DNA of 64,000 bases from Eutreptiella sp. 'Long Island Sound 2002' (taxonomy: Eukaryota; Protista; Euglenida), in the NCBI GenBank assembly GCA_964036045.1, contig OZ038379.1, positions 25,792,001-25,856,000 on the forward strand. Reading direction: 5' to 3'. A model generated the notes under the pieces. It was given only the letters and a program-made list of their open reading frames with translations. It had not been told where the DNA came from and did not search any database. The first letter of the stretch is position 1, and every line of letters starts with the position of its first letter. Of this stretch, positions 35,353 to 48,514 are shown piece after piece. Both the position numbers and the translations under genes were made by a program.

Positions 35353-35700
35353 GTGGTCAGGCTGAGGGGACGCAATTTGTTTTGTTTTGTTTGTTGCAAC
35401 ATCGCTCTGCGCCAGCGGCCCCCGGTCACACCTGCTGGCGGTGATGACACAACTGCTGGCGGTTGCGAGTCCTAATTTTGTCAGTTATCCACCAACCGCT
35501 ACCCTTGACCAGTCAACCGCCGTCAGCCAACTGCTGTCAGTTAATCACCGTCGAGCACACCACGTTCTGCTGAAGCGCAGCAGCAATTTTGTTGTCCAGG
35601 ACAGCCCTGGGGCGTGCACCGGTCCGTGCGGTACTCCTGAGTGTGCACTGTGGACGTGCCTGCCATGCTCCTGCTCACTGCCGCGTCCTGCATGCCACAG

Positions 35701-35975
35701 GCATACCCACTGCATCAGCCGGTCAGTTTTCGTCCGGGGATGCCGCGCCGGAGGTCGGAAGCCAAGGCGAAGCCCAAAGGCAAGTTCAAGCGATCGAAGT
35801 CTGTGCACTGGATCCAACCGGAGCTGAGTTGGCTGCTGGGGCTCGAGACGGAGCTACGGCATACCGTTTTAATGAATTTGCAATCGGCGACTGCGGACGG
35901 CCGTCAGAGCTCCGACATGCGTCAGTGGGTTGCGAATTGGCCTGTGCAGATTGTACTTGTGGCACAGCACCTGAG
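35701..35975 (+). CDS. Dynein heavy chain exon (pre-AAA1)
   Basis: ccacag acceptor; WLLGLETELRHTV..QWVANWPVQIVLVAQHL matches WLxxLExxMRxTL..WxxxWPxQxVL; donor GTGTGG. Confidence 0.92.
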
Positions 35976-36483
35976 GTGTGGTGGGGGCGGAAGGGCGGTG
36001 GGGTCTGCATGTGCGGCTGTGGAACAGTCCAGGCCCTGTTCCATGCAGTGCTCATTCCGCATTGAGAGTTAATGTGCACCCCAAACACCAGCAGTTGCGT
36101 GTTTTCTGTGTGTCCAGCGGATCCCAAACTTTTGCAGTGGGCATGCACATGTCCGGTGCAAAATACTGAGGCCTGGGACCGCTCTGCCTCTGCCCTCTGT
36201 TGTATCATCCCGAAAAACACGAGAATTTGCCCTGATTCCATGAAGTCCTCAAACCGCAGGCGCCCTCACCCCAGTCGGAATGTGTTTGTCTGTGTTGAAC
36301 GACGAGCGGAGGGTGGAGCACAGAAATGGTGGGCAGTGATGTTCAACCAAGGTCATATCCAGCCTGGCAAGCAAAAACTTTGGGGGAAGTGCAGCGTCGG
36401 CTGTGCGGTGCACTGCCCTGGTGGTGACACTCTCAGAAGGAATGGACCAGACTGCAATCCACCACACATCACTGAGGGGGAAT

Positions 36484-37109
36484 GTTAGCGTGCCGGGCGC
36501 GCGCCGGGCATCTTTTTAAGACCCGTGCCCCTCTAGTGGCCTTTTAGGGGGTGCACTAAGGGGGCGCACTTAGCGCAGTGCAGCTATTTGGGCGTCTGGC
36601 TGTACTAGAGACCCACACTTTGAGATACTAGGAGCATCATGGTGACCCCTAGCGTAGGTTTTGACTTCTGATTTTGTCCCCTTTGTTGGGGACCCCCGAG
36701 AATGCAGGGGTGACGTAGCATTTCCGCCCTCTTTTGGGCCCCAACCTTCCGGTGCTATTGAGGTGCTTTGTTGCGTGGCCCCTCGAGTTGGGGTTAGGGA
36801 CTCACAATCCACGCTTTTTTGCGTGGCCCCTCGAGTTGGGGTTAGGGACTCACAATCCACGCTTTTTTTCGTGGCCCGTCGAGTTGGAATTAGGGACTCA
36901 CAATCCACACCATGGGGCAAGAGCCGCAGTTCGTCGGTGGCATGCTGTCCATATGGAGATCGAAGACCCTGCAGGGGTGGCCTTTGCGGGGCCTTGGAAC
37001 ACGAAACACATGGTTATCTGCGGGTGGTAGAATGATAGGAATGTTGGGCCTCGCACTTTGCGCATGAGGGGGAGCGTTAGCGCGCCGGGCGTGCGCCGGG
37101 CATCTTTTT
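36484..37109. mobile_element. Non-autonomous relative of the 46260 element, bounded by 34-bp direct repeats
   Basis: 36565-36690 matches 46265-46400; direct repeats at 36484-36517 and 37076-37109; three 48-bp tandem repeats at 36771-36908. Confidence 0.7.
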
Positions 37110-38094
37110 TTGACCATTCCCCACCCGTGCCTGTTTCCCCCCCCACCTCATCAAACAATTTGGAGTACCTTTTCGCCATGTCTAAGAATTTGGCCCATCC
37201 TTTGCACCCAGTTTCTAACGATGGCAAGGGTGGTGGTTGGAAGTAGTGGGAGTGACATTTTGTGTTGTTGAATTCTCATATTTCGGCGAATGCAAGGTGC
37301 CTTGCAGGGAGGGTTTGCGGTCTAGTGTGGTCTACTTGGGGGACTTCCGAAGGTGAGGATAAACCTGGGGCTAGAGATAAGATACTTAATACAAAGGTAG
37401 CATGCTGGGCAAACATTCCCCCTGAGTGAATGACGGCCTTGGCACACACTCGCGCGTGCGCATTTAATGTGTGTCTTATTGCAACGTAGCTGGTTTCCCA
37501 GGGTCAGGAGCCGTGGTATGTTGGCGGCACCTGTACATATGGAGTCAACCGCCCATTAGGGCAGCCACTTGCAGGGCAGAAGATTAAACTCATGGTTTGC
37601 AGTAGTGGTAGGGTATAGGATTGTTGAACCTCGCAGTTTGAGCATGATTGGCATTGATACCTTGGCACACACACACACACACACGCGCGCACATTCAAGG
37701 CACATACCTCAAAAGGACGGATGGCACGTGGGCTGCATACCCAATTGTTCAGAGGTGCCCAGCATTTTTTGTTTTAAGTGGTTGCAATCCAGTAGCCCTT
37801 GGTAGGTGGCTGTGATAAACAAGGGTAGTCTACTGAAGGTACCACCTACACTTTCGCTTAGCGCACCTTAATTAGATCTCAGCCCCACCCACCCCCCGCC
37901 GCCTCCCGGGGGGCCTTCGGCCTCTGCTAGATCAAGTGGGGAGTTGCGTCATAAACTGAGGATTTGGCCCCCCATGAGGACATAAGGACGAGCAACACAG
38001 CTCATACCAGATGCATAATGAGCAGCCCATGGGCTGGGCCGTGCGGCACCTGCTGCCAACAGTGTAGAGCACGGGGGCCAATCTTGGTCAGCAC

Positions 38095-38560
38095 CCGACC
38101 CCAAAGGGGGGGGGGTCCCCCCCCCCCTCTACAGACCCCAAAATGGTTGTACAGATCAATGGGTTTTGTGGGCGCCGGAGATTTTGTTTTAGGCATACGG
38201 CAGGGGGAAATTTTTTTGTTCGACCCTATGTGTCTATACTCAAAATACTCAGAATTTTGTGGAGAATTCAAAAATGGCTGAAAAGCACAAAAAAGGGTTT
38301 TGACCCCAACCCGGCCTCCAGGTTGGACCTTGGCTGATGGGAGCCTGAGTTGATGGGCAAATTTTTTTTTAAAAATTTTTTACCCCACTTGTGCGTATTA
38401 AAAATGATCAGCGTGTCATGGGGATCATTTTGAGGTATGTATATTGGGGTACCTACCGACCCCCCCCCCGGCTGACCGCCCGACCCGCCGACCCCCAAGG
38501 TTTGGGTCAACCAAGGGGGAGGGGGTCCCCCCCCCCTTACAGCCCCCAAAACTGTCGCAC
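38095..38560 (-). mobile_element. Dispersed ~460-bp element of the same family as the module in the macrosatellite unit, with short terminal direct repeats
   Basis: The reverse complement aligns along its length with 2890-3340 (e.g. gctgatgggagcctgag, aaaatgatcagcg, ggatcattttga). Both ends carry a G-run-T-C-run followed by TACAG and a C-run. Confidence 0.85.
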
Positions 38561-39200
38561 ACCCCTCGGGGTCACACATTGGCGGCGGCCCCCGTGGTGT
38601 AGAGACTCCACAAAATTTAAACAGTGTGTCACACTGGACGCTTTGACTGGCCTGTGTTTCTCAACCTTTCCAGTCCACGCCTACCCCACATTTGTGATTT
38701 TGCCCCCCCCCCCCCCCGCCCCCAGTCTGCGGGCACGCCTCTGCAGCACACAAGTGGGTGCATGAGAATGGAAGTACCAACTGGCACCAATCCACTGGAG
38801 GGATGTCACATCCCTCTTTTGCGGATGCACATGCACATGCAATGTAAGTTTCTCCCTCCCGCACAATCGTGGTTTTTTTTTTACCTCATGGGGGAGGTCA
38901 GGTGTCATTTTGCATCACACACCCTGCTCTGTGCGAGGGGGGTCTGGAGGAGGTTGATGGGGGGGGGTCACAACAGCGCGTAACCCACACGACTCCGTAC
39001 GGGGGTTGAGAGGGCATCTCGTGTGGAGGGGGGGGGGGGATCCAGGGGGTAGTCGGCAGTGGGTCATTTGGATACCTGCTGCGGTCAGCCAAATCCACTC
39101 CCCCGCAGTGCAGTAGGGAGCCGTGGAAAGGATTATAGTGTGGGTCTGCCCATGTCTGTGTGGCTCGTTGTGCCATTGGTTGTATTTGGCATCACAACAG

Positions 39201-39313
39201 GTTCACACAGGATGTAGAGCAGGTTCTCTATAAGCATGACCGGCAGAAAGTGGAAGGAGCACTGGGACATCAAGTGCTCAACACTCTCCAAGTGCAGCTG
39301 ACGCAATTAACAG
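39201..39313 (+). CDS. Dynein heavy chain exon
   Basis: acaacag acceptor, phase 2; (R)FTQDVEQVL..LQVQLTQLT matches WTxxVExAL..QLxxL. Too short to appear in the ORF track. Confidence 0.85.
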
Positions 39314-40194
39314 GTTGTTGGCTTTAGTCCTTGCTCTAATCTTCGCCTTTTCTTGGATGTACTGCGTTCCCTGTGTGTACAACTTTGATGAGATGGGTGG
39401 TAAAGTGGCCAGGCCGCTGCGAGATTCGTTAGGATTCATGTTGGTCGAGATGTGTGTTTGGCCAAGAGTGGTGGGAATGTTTGAGCCTCAAAGGCGTGCC
39501 GCCTGCATGTATTGCCATTCCCCTCTCCAACGAGTGCGTAACAGTCCATTCAAGCATCGATAGTTCCAGCCCTACATCTGTAAACCATCGAAACAGCAGC
39601 AACTGGGAAGCACGGCTTGAATTCCAGCCCCAGCACAACAGTGGCATCCTTACGGCAGCATGGTGGCACGCACATTGATCCTGCTTGGGTGTTCCACCGC
39701 ACAGCCTCCTGCAAGATAGTGAGCAGCACCATCATCAACACCAGCAATGCATTGTCAACATGGGCATTGTGATGATGTGTATGTAGGCATAGTGATGCAT
39801 CAAGTGTCTCTTGTAGGTTCATGCCGGAGTACTACTCCTTCCTTCTGTTGTCATCCGAACAGAGAATCACAAACGGCAGCAAACAGTTTGCGTGCAGACC
39901 TCACATTTTGCACGCAGATTCCCGTTGCCAACATCCTCTGCATGGCACAGTCTCCAATTGTTTGGTTTGTTTTTGTTTTTGGCTTCTGGTGGCGGAAGAA
40001 ATACAGAGACTTCATGACTACGCACAATAGCGTGCCTTCAACATTGCATGCAGGACTGTTTGCAAGGACGACCAATGTGCAGGAGTAAGGAGCATGTGTG
40101 CAAGCAGGCGTGAAAGACCGTGGTGTGAGGAGACACACACACGCAAACTGTTTGAGCAACAGAATGGGTTGCACATCCGCCAGCGTGCCTGCGG

Positions 40195-40272
40195 AAGCAT
40201 CCACACGCACACACACATACACTGGCACGTACACACACACACACACATACACACACACACACACACACACGC
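40195..40272. repeat. Imperfect (CA)n microsatellite
   Basis: Visible acacacac runs. Confidence 0.85.
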
Positions 40273-40968
40273 TTGCACACATTCCAGCACACTCTCTTGT
40301 ACATGCTCTTATGCTCTTGCATGAATGAAATCATGCAGTGCATGCGGGACTGTGTGCAATTACTGTTTTCAGGGTGTGTGTAGGATTGCGTGCAAGAGAG
40401 TGTCTGCAGGATTGTGCACGACTGTTGTGCTACAGCCGCTGCAGCAACCTTTGTGGTTTGCGAACCTGTCCGCCCCGCCAAGATGACCTTGCCCACGACC
40501 TCTTCGCTGTAGCAGTAGGATAAGAGTTGCTGCAGTGGTACCTGTTGCTGCCGTTGGGTGTATCGCCGCAATGATGCAATGCAATGCCTCAGTGGTGATG
40601 GACTGCTGAATTTGTTATTATTGCTGTATTGCCGCCGTGGTGCAGTGCTGCTGCAGGGGCGTGGTACTGTTGCAGTGGTGTGACAATGCTGCAGTGATAT
40701 CGTGTCGCTGTTGTGGCACAGTACCGCTGCAGTGGTATGGCATTGCTATTGTGCGGCTGCTGTGGAAAGTCTTTACCGAGTAATATGGCATTGCCGTAGT
40801 GGTGGATTTCTGCTGCAGTGGCGTTGCTGTACTGGTACAATATGACTGCAATTCCGCCTGGGTACAGATGCACCTTTCAGTCGTTCCACGTCATGGCCTG
40901 CCTGACCCATGTCTGCCCCGCAATGTACATGAACAGCGTCGCCGTCGTTGCATGTGGCTGTTCTGCAG

Positions 40969-41074
40969 ATGCCGTGCGTACGTCGGAGCAGAGCGCTTCA
41001 GAGCAGGCCAAGTTCCAGGCGGCCATCGCGCAAATCATGAGTATGCAGGGCACCGCCGACCGACTCTTTTGTGG
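40969..41074 (+). CDS. Dynein heavy chain exon
   Basis: ttctgcag acceptor, phase 1; DAVRTSEQSASEQAKFQAAIAQIMSMQGTADRLF; donor GTGTGT at 41075 gives the phase 2 needed by the next exon. Confidence 0.8.
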
Positions 41075-41642
41075 GTGTGTGCCCTGGCCTTCATATCCCC
41101 AGAGACCCCAGGGGATCTGCGATGCCTTTACGAGCGGTCGTCCTCCATTTAGGCCCCCATCTCCCATGTTCGACTCGACCTCTCGCCTCTCGAGCCCCAG
41201 TCGTCATGCGCCTCTGAGAAACTTCACGGGCAGTCACGCTGCAAGGGCATGGCATAGCGGCCAGCGATGTGCAGTATTTGCCTGTGCTTTGGCACCGTCA
41301 CCATCTCTTTTCGAGGCCCCTGGCCCTTCAGTTGTCTGCCGCAGATCGGGGGAGGGCTCGGGTTCGGCAGTGATCTGTGGGCACAGTGCGGCCTCCGCGG
41401 TGTCACCGCATTTGTGCACATGGACCGCAGGGGCCCGCGAAATGGGCTGTCCGGGAATGGCGCTCCGGTGCGCCGCGCTGAAGCGACCGGCTACACAACC
41501 GCTGAAACGAGGGCACGCCAACGCCGACTGACTGCTCCGCTCTGCCACGCCGTCCTTTCGCTGCCGAGCCGTCTGCCACGCTCTCTGCCACCTCTGCCAC
41601 CTCCTCTGCCTGCCATACCCTCTGCCGCGCCCTCTGCCACAG

Positions 41643-42744
41643 GCCTGACACTCAGGAGTGGCAGTGGCTGTTATCCCTGCGGTACTACTGGGAAGCGGGG
41701 GACGCTGGTGCGCAACACGTCCGCGTGGCGCAGCTCAACGTCAGCCTCAGCTACGGCCTGGAGTTCCTAGGGCAGGCCCCCCGCCTCATCCCCGCCCCGG
41801 CCCTCGCCCACTGCATCGCTGCGGTGCTCGGGGCGTGTGCAGACCACGGCCTTGGCGTTCTCGTCTCCCCGGGCGGCTCCGGCCGCACAGCCCTTGTGAC
41901 GGACGTCGCGGCTGCCACGGGTCGCGCGTGCGTCGTAGCGCAGTGCCGTCCAGAGCTGGACCCGGCGGGCCTTGCCTGCACGCTCATGGGCATTGCGAGC
42001 ACCGGTTTCTGGGGATGCCTTGCAGACCTGCACCTCCTGCCCACGCGCACCTTGGGGCAGCTCGCGCTCTATATGGACACGCTCCAAGCGGCCGCCGTGG
42101 CTGTTACCGGGGTGCAGGCCGCCTCGGATGCAGCATCCCCCGTGCACATCGGCAGCATTGAGATGCCCCTTCGGAGCATTGTGCCGGACTTCGCGATTTT
42201 CGGGACTGTGCCAGCGCGTGATGCGTTACTGGCCCCCGGGACTGCCCGCGGACGGGCGCTGCAGGCGCTGCGCGGCTGCCTCTGCCCCGTGCACCTCGCC
42301 ATCCCCCCCGCAGAGTACGTCGCGCAGGTGCTGCTGGTGGGGCTGGGCTGCGAGGTCGAGGCCGCGCGCGCGGCTTCACAGACGCTCGTTGGCGCACTAC
42401 ACGCGCTTGAAGCCGCGCTGTCGCTGCAGCCGCACTACGGGTTTGGGGTCGCGCGGGTGCGCGCGCTGCTGACGAGTCCCGCCGCGCGCGCCTCCCGAGC
42501 GCAGCTGCACAAAGACGTGACGGGATTTTTGAAGGCGGCGCTTGAGCGGGCGTTCGTGCCGGCGCTGGTGCCACGGGACGTGCCAGTGTTCCATCACGTC
42601 CTTGCGGATGCGCTAAAGGTGGAGGACCTCTCGGACGCACTACTGTCGGCGGCGGCGGCGGCGCTTGCGGCCGGGGACCGGCGCCGGTCGGTGCGCGCGG
42701 AGAACGAGTTGATGGGGACCATCGCGGAGTCGTGCACGCAGCAG
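41643..42744 (+). CDS. Dynein heavy chain exon, AAA1 module (degenerate motifs)
   Basis: WQWLLSLRYYW..YGLEFLGQAPRLIPAP..SPGGSGRT..CVVAQC..WGCLADLHLL..LSLQPHYGFGVARVRALL; donor GTGTGC. Confidence 0.95.
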
Positions 42745-44214
42745 GTGTGCGACGGATGTGTGCGGCGATGGCCCGCCCATTGCCCGTTTCCTACCCGGAG
42801 CCGATGTTTACCACTTGGGGACACAAGCACAACAAGAAAGAGGGGGGGGATATGGGGCGTCTTTCATTTCTCAGCCTTTCCTGCGCTAGGCTCTGGCAGC
42901 AAAATGGGCATGGACCCTCTATATCCCCCTCATACTTGTACCAGAGCTGTCAAGGAAGGGATTTTACAATGCGCAATAATAATACACTGCCCGACGCGTA
43001 ATAGCTTAGGACATGTGATATTACTACGCCCAAACCGACACATAATAAAACCAACGCGTAATAAAATCCCCAACGCGTAATGAAACCGACGCCTCCTTTT
43101 CGAAATTTTTGGTGCATTGTGAAAAAATATCGTCACTTAGGTGGGGGTATATGTATACTTTTTGAAATCTGCTTCAAAAGGGCTTCAAAACGAGCCTTTG
43201 GCAGCACCCCAGGTGGTCCCACCCCTGTGATATTGGTGACCAATAGGTGCAATTGTCACACAACATGCACTGCACATTTCTGCAACGTTTGTTCCGGATC
43301 GTCATCGTCATCGGTGTTTGCAAGGGCAGGGACCCCATTAGGGCAGACGCCACCATGTTTGTTCACGGGGACATATTTTTTCAGATCCTGCCAATCCTAC
43401 GGCTTTTACTTGCTTTACTGGCACCCAGCTTGTGTTCAAAGGCATTCCCCACAATCCATCGGTTGTAAGGTCCACATTCAGTTGCTTGGTCAACCTGACC
43501 TTGCAACACGGGATGGTCTCTTGGTAGCCATTTGCGAGATACCTTGACCCATTCCTCACTCTCGGAACGTGCCCTTTTCCGAACTAAAGGTTTCCGAGGT
43601 GCATTAGGGGAGGCAACAACACATTGCAAGTTTTGTAGGTAGGCATGGCACAAGACTGTGACAAAACGGGGGAGCAAGCAGATCATGCACTGTCCAAAAC
43701 GGACCAAATTTCTCAAACATATCGAAAGTTCAGCATGCAGACCCAGGATGTTCCAAATCGCCATTTTCAAGGGTTTTCCGAATATATGCCACATACCCCT
43801 ATGTACAGGACACCCAGTCGGCACAAATGAGTCAACAATGACAGGGACTCTGAAAAACGCTCGGAGTTGGCACATTTGTCGTGTCCCGGAGAGATATATG
43901 TGTTCATGTATGGTTGTGTGGTTGTATGTATGCATGTATGTTTGTATATAGGTATGTCCGTATGTATTCCCAAAAAACGTTCCGCTCATGATGGGCATGG
44001 CGGTGTGTAGTCTGAAGACGCGGTCTGCCCCAAGCGGACGTGGTTTGCTAATTGTAGACACTGCCGGCATGTTGTAGACGCAAAGTGCCAATATTCGGCC
44101 CCCTTCCCCAAGAAAAGGTCCGCTGACGGCGTTTAGCCGTGCACACTGGCATGTCTCTCGAGCAAGTGGAGCGAGCATGGAGGACAAATACAGGATGATA
44201 TTTGAGATGGTCGC

Positions 44215-44350
44215 TGCATGCATGAATGTATGTATGTATGGATGGATGGATGGATGGATGTATGGGCATATGTATTTATGTACGTATGTAACAATGATGT
44301 ATGGCGCGTATTAATAGTACTAGTAGTAGTAGTACTAGTAGTAGTTGTAG

Positions 44351-44398
<48 letters not shown>
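44215..44398. repeat. Compound microsatellite (ATGT/ATGG, TAG, CAG x about 11)
   Basis: Direct reading. Confidence 0.85.
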
Positions 44399-45461
44399 AC
44401 GCACAATAAATTTTTTACGTGTAATATTTTTACGTCTAAACCGACGCCCCAACTCGAAACTTGGTGCTTGTTTGACAGCTCTCACTCGTACACATCGCTC
44501 ATCCCTCCCCTTTTCATGTAGAGATTTCCTCATCACGGGCCCTCGTACAGAAATACTCACCACCACACTTCATGCACAACCCAACACCAGAACTAGCCTA
44601 GGCCCCCAACACCTGCCGCTCTCTGCCCTCCCCTCCCCTTCTCATCCTCAATACATCCCCCCTGATTTCCAGCCCAAAACCCCCTCAGTCATGGTTGTAC
44701 AGCCGAGCTCTGCCACACAACTGCTGAAGGGTGAATTTGTCGGAAGCATTACATCCAGCAGTTGGGGGGCAGGGGAGGCAGCGGAGAGCGGAGCTCGGAG
44801 CGGGGAAAGGGGGGCGATTCAAAGGGTGCCAGGGAGCAGGGGTGGGCAGGGGCTTTAGGCAGAGGATTGACCGACTGCGAGAGCCCAGGGTGCAGGGGAC
44901 GCAAGGCTGCCGGGTCCTGCAGGGTGGGGTATGTGCCCTCTGCTGCTCTTCCGCTTCATCTCATTTCTTTTATCAATGCACAGACGTTCTTCGAAGCTGC
45001 GTTGCATCCGTCTCCTACCCCCCGAAAACAAAAGAATATACGCTAGACGGCCTGGCTGGTACCTCAATTTCCCTGTGGGCACCGCGTGCGTGCATGTGTG
45101 CGTGAGTTTGGTTTTCGGGGATAGCAGTGGTGGTCCAGTGCCTGGGCACGTGCAGGCTCCGCATATCCAGTGGTGACTTGTTACCTGCTCCCCCATTTCG
45201 GGCCCGTGGCTCCAGGTGTCAGTCAGGGACTCCCGTGGTATAACCAGTGTCCCCTACTGGGACTCGACCCTGGGGTCTCGGAATGCAGGGCACGCACACT
45301 GACCGCTGTACCACGGGACCCACGGTGTGTCTCAACTGCTTGGTCGGTGGGTCCAATTCGGCGAAGGCACGTTGAAGGTGCCTTTGGTGCGTATGGGGAG
45401 GCACGAGCGGTGCCGCACGTCCCCTGGGCTATTGCAGCCCTTTCCGCATTGTCGTCCGTAG

Positions 45462-45768
45462 GCGTTACAAGCCGCGCCGCAGTTCATCAATAAGTGTCTG
45501 CAGCTGCACGAGGCCCTCAGTAGTACCCGCGCCGTTGTGATCTTTGGGGAGGCAGCCACGGGAAAGAGCAGCATCGTGCGTGCCCTCTGGCAGGCGATGC
45601 AGCCGCATCGCAAGTTGGAGGCGGGCAAGCGGCGGCCGAGCGCGCTCCCCCGGTCTCCGTCGGAAAAGGACATCGTGCTGCATCGCATTTTCCCCGGGGC
45701 CGTCTCCATCCAAGAGCTCATTGGCGCGATGTCAGTGGATAATGTGTGGGAGGACGGCCTGTTTCCGG
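45462..45768 (+). CDS. Dynein heavy chain exon, AAA2 P-loop
   Basis: ccgtag acceptor; FINKCLQLHEALSSTRAVVIFGEAATGKS..IFPGAVSIQELIG..WEDGLF; donor GTGTGT. Confidence 0.95.
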
Positions 45769-46409
45769 GTGTGTGCCACCGTGTGGGTGTGTGGCAGGGG
45801 TACGGGGGGGGGGGGAGGTTGCATGGTTGTGTACCGCAGTGCCATGTCTTTGGTGTGCCCTGTTAAGTTGATCCACGTCATTTGCGTGCATGCGTGCGTG
45901 CGTGCGTCTTAGTGGCTAGTTCGGGACGTATTGCTTCAATTGTGTGTGTGTGTGTGTGCGCGCGCGCCCGTGCGTGCGTGTGGGAAGAAAAAGCGGTTGT
46001 GTGTTTGTGGGTGAGAGTGCCACGGCAGTCCCACTGCTCACCTGTTGCAGCATGCTGCCCCCGTCCCAGGGCGTCCACCCTCGTGCGGTTTCACATGCCG
46101 TCCACCCAATGACCGTCAACCTCGGAAGGTGCTCCCCACGGCAAATGACGTGGGAAGGGCCTCCGGATCACGGAAGTTTACGCATCAGTGGCGCACTGCA
46201 ATTCCAATCGGACATGATGGGGGGGGGGGGTACGTGTCAATGAGGTGCAGTGGGGGGGGGCGCCTTAAGCGCAGTGCGCGCGCAGTGCAACTATTTGGGC
46301 GTCTGGCCGTACTAGAGACCCATACTTTGAGATACTAGGGGCCCCTAGGGGCATCATGGTGACCCCTAGCGGAGGTTTTGACTTCTGATTTTGTCCCCCT
46401 TTGTTTGGG

Positions 46410-46715
46410 GATCCTGTCTTGTTCAATCCTAAATACGCCGGGTGCGTATATAAAGTTACGGTTGCCGTTGACAGCCTTGGCAACATCGTTTGGATTTGTC
46501 CGTTGGCCCCCGGGACATCGGCGGATGTTCTCATTTGGGATCGCGAAGGACCGAAAAGGAGCAAGGGGCATTATATGGATTATGAGATTGGCTCCATGGA
46601 TGGTGCATACAAGGGGCGCCTCCATGTGGCATGGCCATTTATCGGTCAAAAGACGTTGACCGAGCGGCAAAAGGAGTACAATGATGTTCATGGTTTCTAT
46701 AGGGCACGTATTGAG
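46410..46715 (+). pseudogene. PIF/Harbinger (DDE_Tnp_4, IS5-like) transposase fragment, truncated
   Basis: KVTVAVDSLGNIVWICPLAPGTSADVLIW..DGAYKG..PFIG..LTERQKEYNDVH..RARIE is the characteristic DDE_Tnp_4 core. It is cut off after RARIE and lacks the N-terminus. Confidence 0.85.
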
Positions 46716-47338
46716 CTGTCCATGGCTTTTCCAGTTGTGCATGATGTGTGTTATGTGAAGGGAAGACAGTTTGCAACTTTCTTGAGCTGGGGCAGTTTGG
46801 GTCACCTACTTCTAAGGGCGTTTCCAAGGGGTGTGCCTGGGGGCTCTTCGGGGGGAACATAGTCTAAAAGTAGCGTGCAGTGCAAGGATTCCCCCTGGGG
46901 CAAGGGGTGTTCGTGGCCGGGGTGCACCGGAGGGCATGTGGCACGGATGTGCAATCTGTGGCGACGGGGCCTGGGGCCAGAGTGTGGGGTACTCCCATAC
47001 CAGAGCGGCCCCAGGCAGCATGACTTCGTCGGTGCATGATCCGGGGCTGTGTGCGTAGAGCGCCCGGCAGACCCCCTCCGCCCACGGGGGGGGCGACTCC
47101 GCGGGTCCTAGGACGCCAACTACCCCCCCCCCCCCCCTAGGGGCCTTCGGCCAACAGTTAGTCGCCAAAGGTGTCGCCCTCAGACGTCCATGGGCGCCTA
47201 AGGCGCCCGATGCTCCATGAACACCAAAGGTGCCCTAAGGAAAATTTTGTCCAATTTGCACCCCAACACTATCCTTAAACCCAACCTTGACTCTAATACC
47301 CACCCCCAACCCTCAGCCTACTCCTATCCCTACACCTA

Positions 47339-48479
47339 ATCAAGACTGAATATTGGGACCGAGCTGGTGGGGGAGGGAACATCAGCTATGACTGGTGAGG
47401 GACATCAAGAATGATTCACACATTGATGGCTCTTGACAAAGTGAAATCAGCTTGCAAGTGAACCCCATCACCACAAGGCCCACTTTCAAGGCTTTTGTTG
47501 GACTTCTGGGGGGCCAAAATGCCCCCAAATGGGCTCAAAATGGGCTCATTTCACCCGTTTGTGCACCCCAAATGGTCTAGGATGAGGTTTGGAAAAATGT
47601 GTTTTTGACCCATTTTTGACCCATTTTTGGTCCCAAAATGGGCTCAAAATGGGCTCATTTCACCCGTTTGTGCACCCCAAATGGTCTAGGATGAGTTTTG
47701 GAAAAATGTGTTTTTGACCCATTTTTGACCCATTTTTGGTCCCAAAACAGCCCAATTTCAAGGCATTTTGGGATTTTCGGAGGACCAAAATGGGCCACCA
47801 CAAGCTCAAAACGGTCCAAAAACACTTGTTTTAGCGTCGCACATGGTCTGGGATCATTTTTAAGAAAAGTCATCTTTTTGCCTTTACTGGACCCTGTTGA
47901 CCCATTTGGGCACCCACCTGTTTGGGCTTGAGCTTGTAGCTTGCCGCGGCCTAGTGGGGCTAGGTATTGGGGTCTAGGCGTCCGTTTGGGCAATTTTGAG
48001 GGGTGGAAACCACAAAAAGTGGGGGGTTGCGGGTGGACTAGGTGCCCTCGGAATCGCATTTTGAGCCATGTAGCCAAAGATATGCCCTATTCTTGGTTTG
48101 TGGCTGTCGGCATTTGGAGCTTCTGCGGGCTTTTTGGGCCGTTTCCGGGACATATCATGGAGTGAGAGGGCCGCAAAGGGCTCGTTGACACGGGGAAGTC
48201 AAGCCGCGCGTGGAGTGTACCCACCGTTCCCCTTCATTTGGCCGTTTTGAATGGGTTCCAGGGCTTTTTTGGCCCAAAAATGGCTGTTTTTGGCCCTAAA
48301 CTGCAGTTTTTGAAACTGAGGTCCGCCACTTGCGAATCCCGTTCCCGGCCGCCACCGTTGAGTTTCTTGCTCAAACTTTGTGTGATTGTACTTCACACCC
48401 ATAGGTATCATCCACCAAAATTTCACCTGAATCTGAAGCACCACGACGGAGTTGTGATTTTTAGCCATTTCGCGCGTGC

Positions 48480-48514
<35 letters not shown>

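Noticed and set aside
43381-44223. 280-aa minus-strand ORF
   Set aside because: It runs through microsatellite (HTYI repeats) and shows no domain signature.
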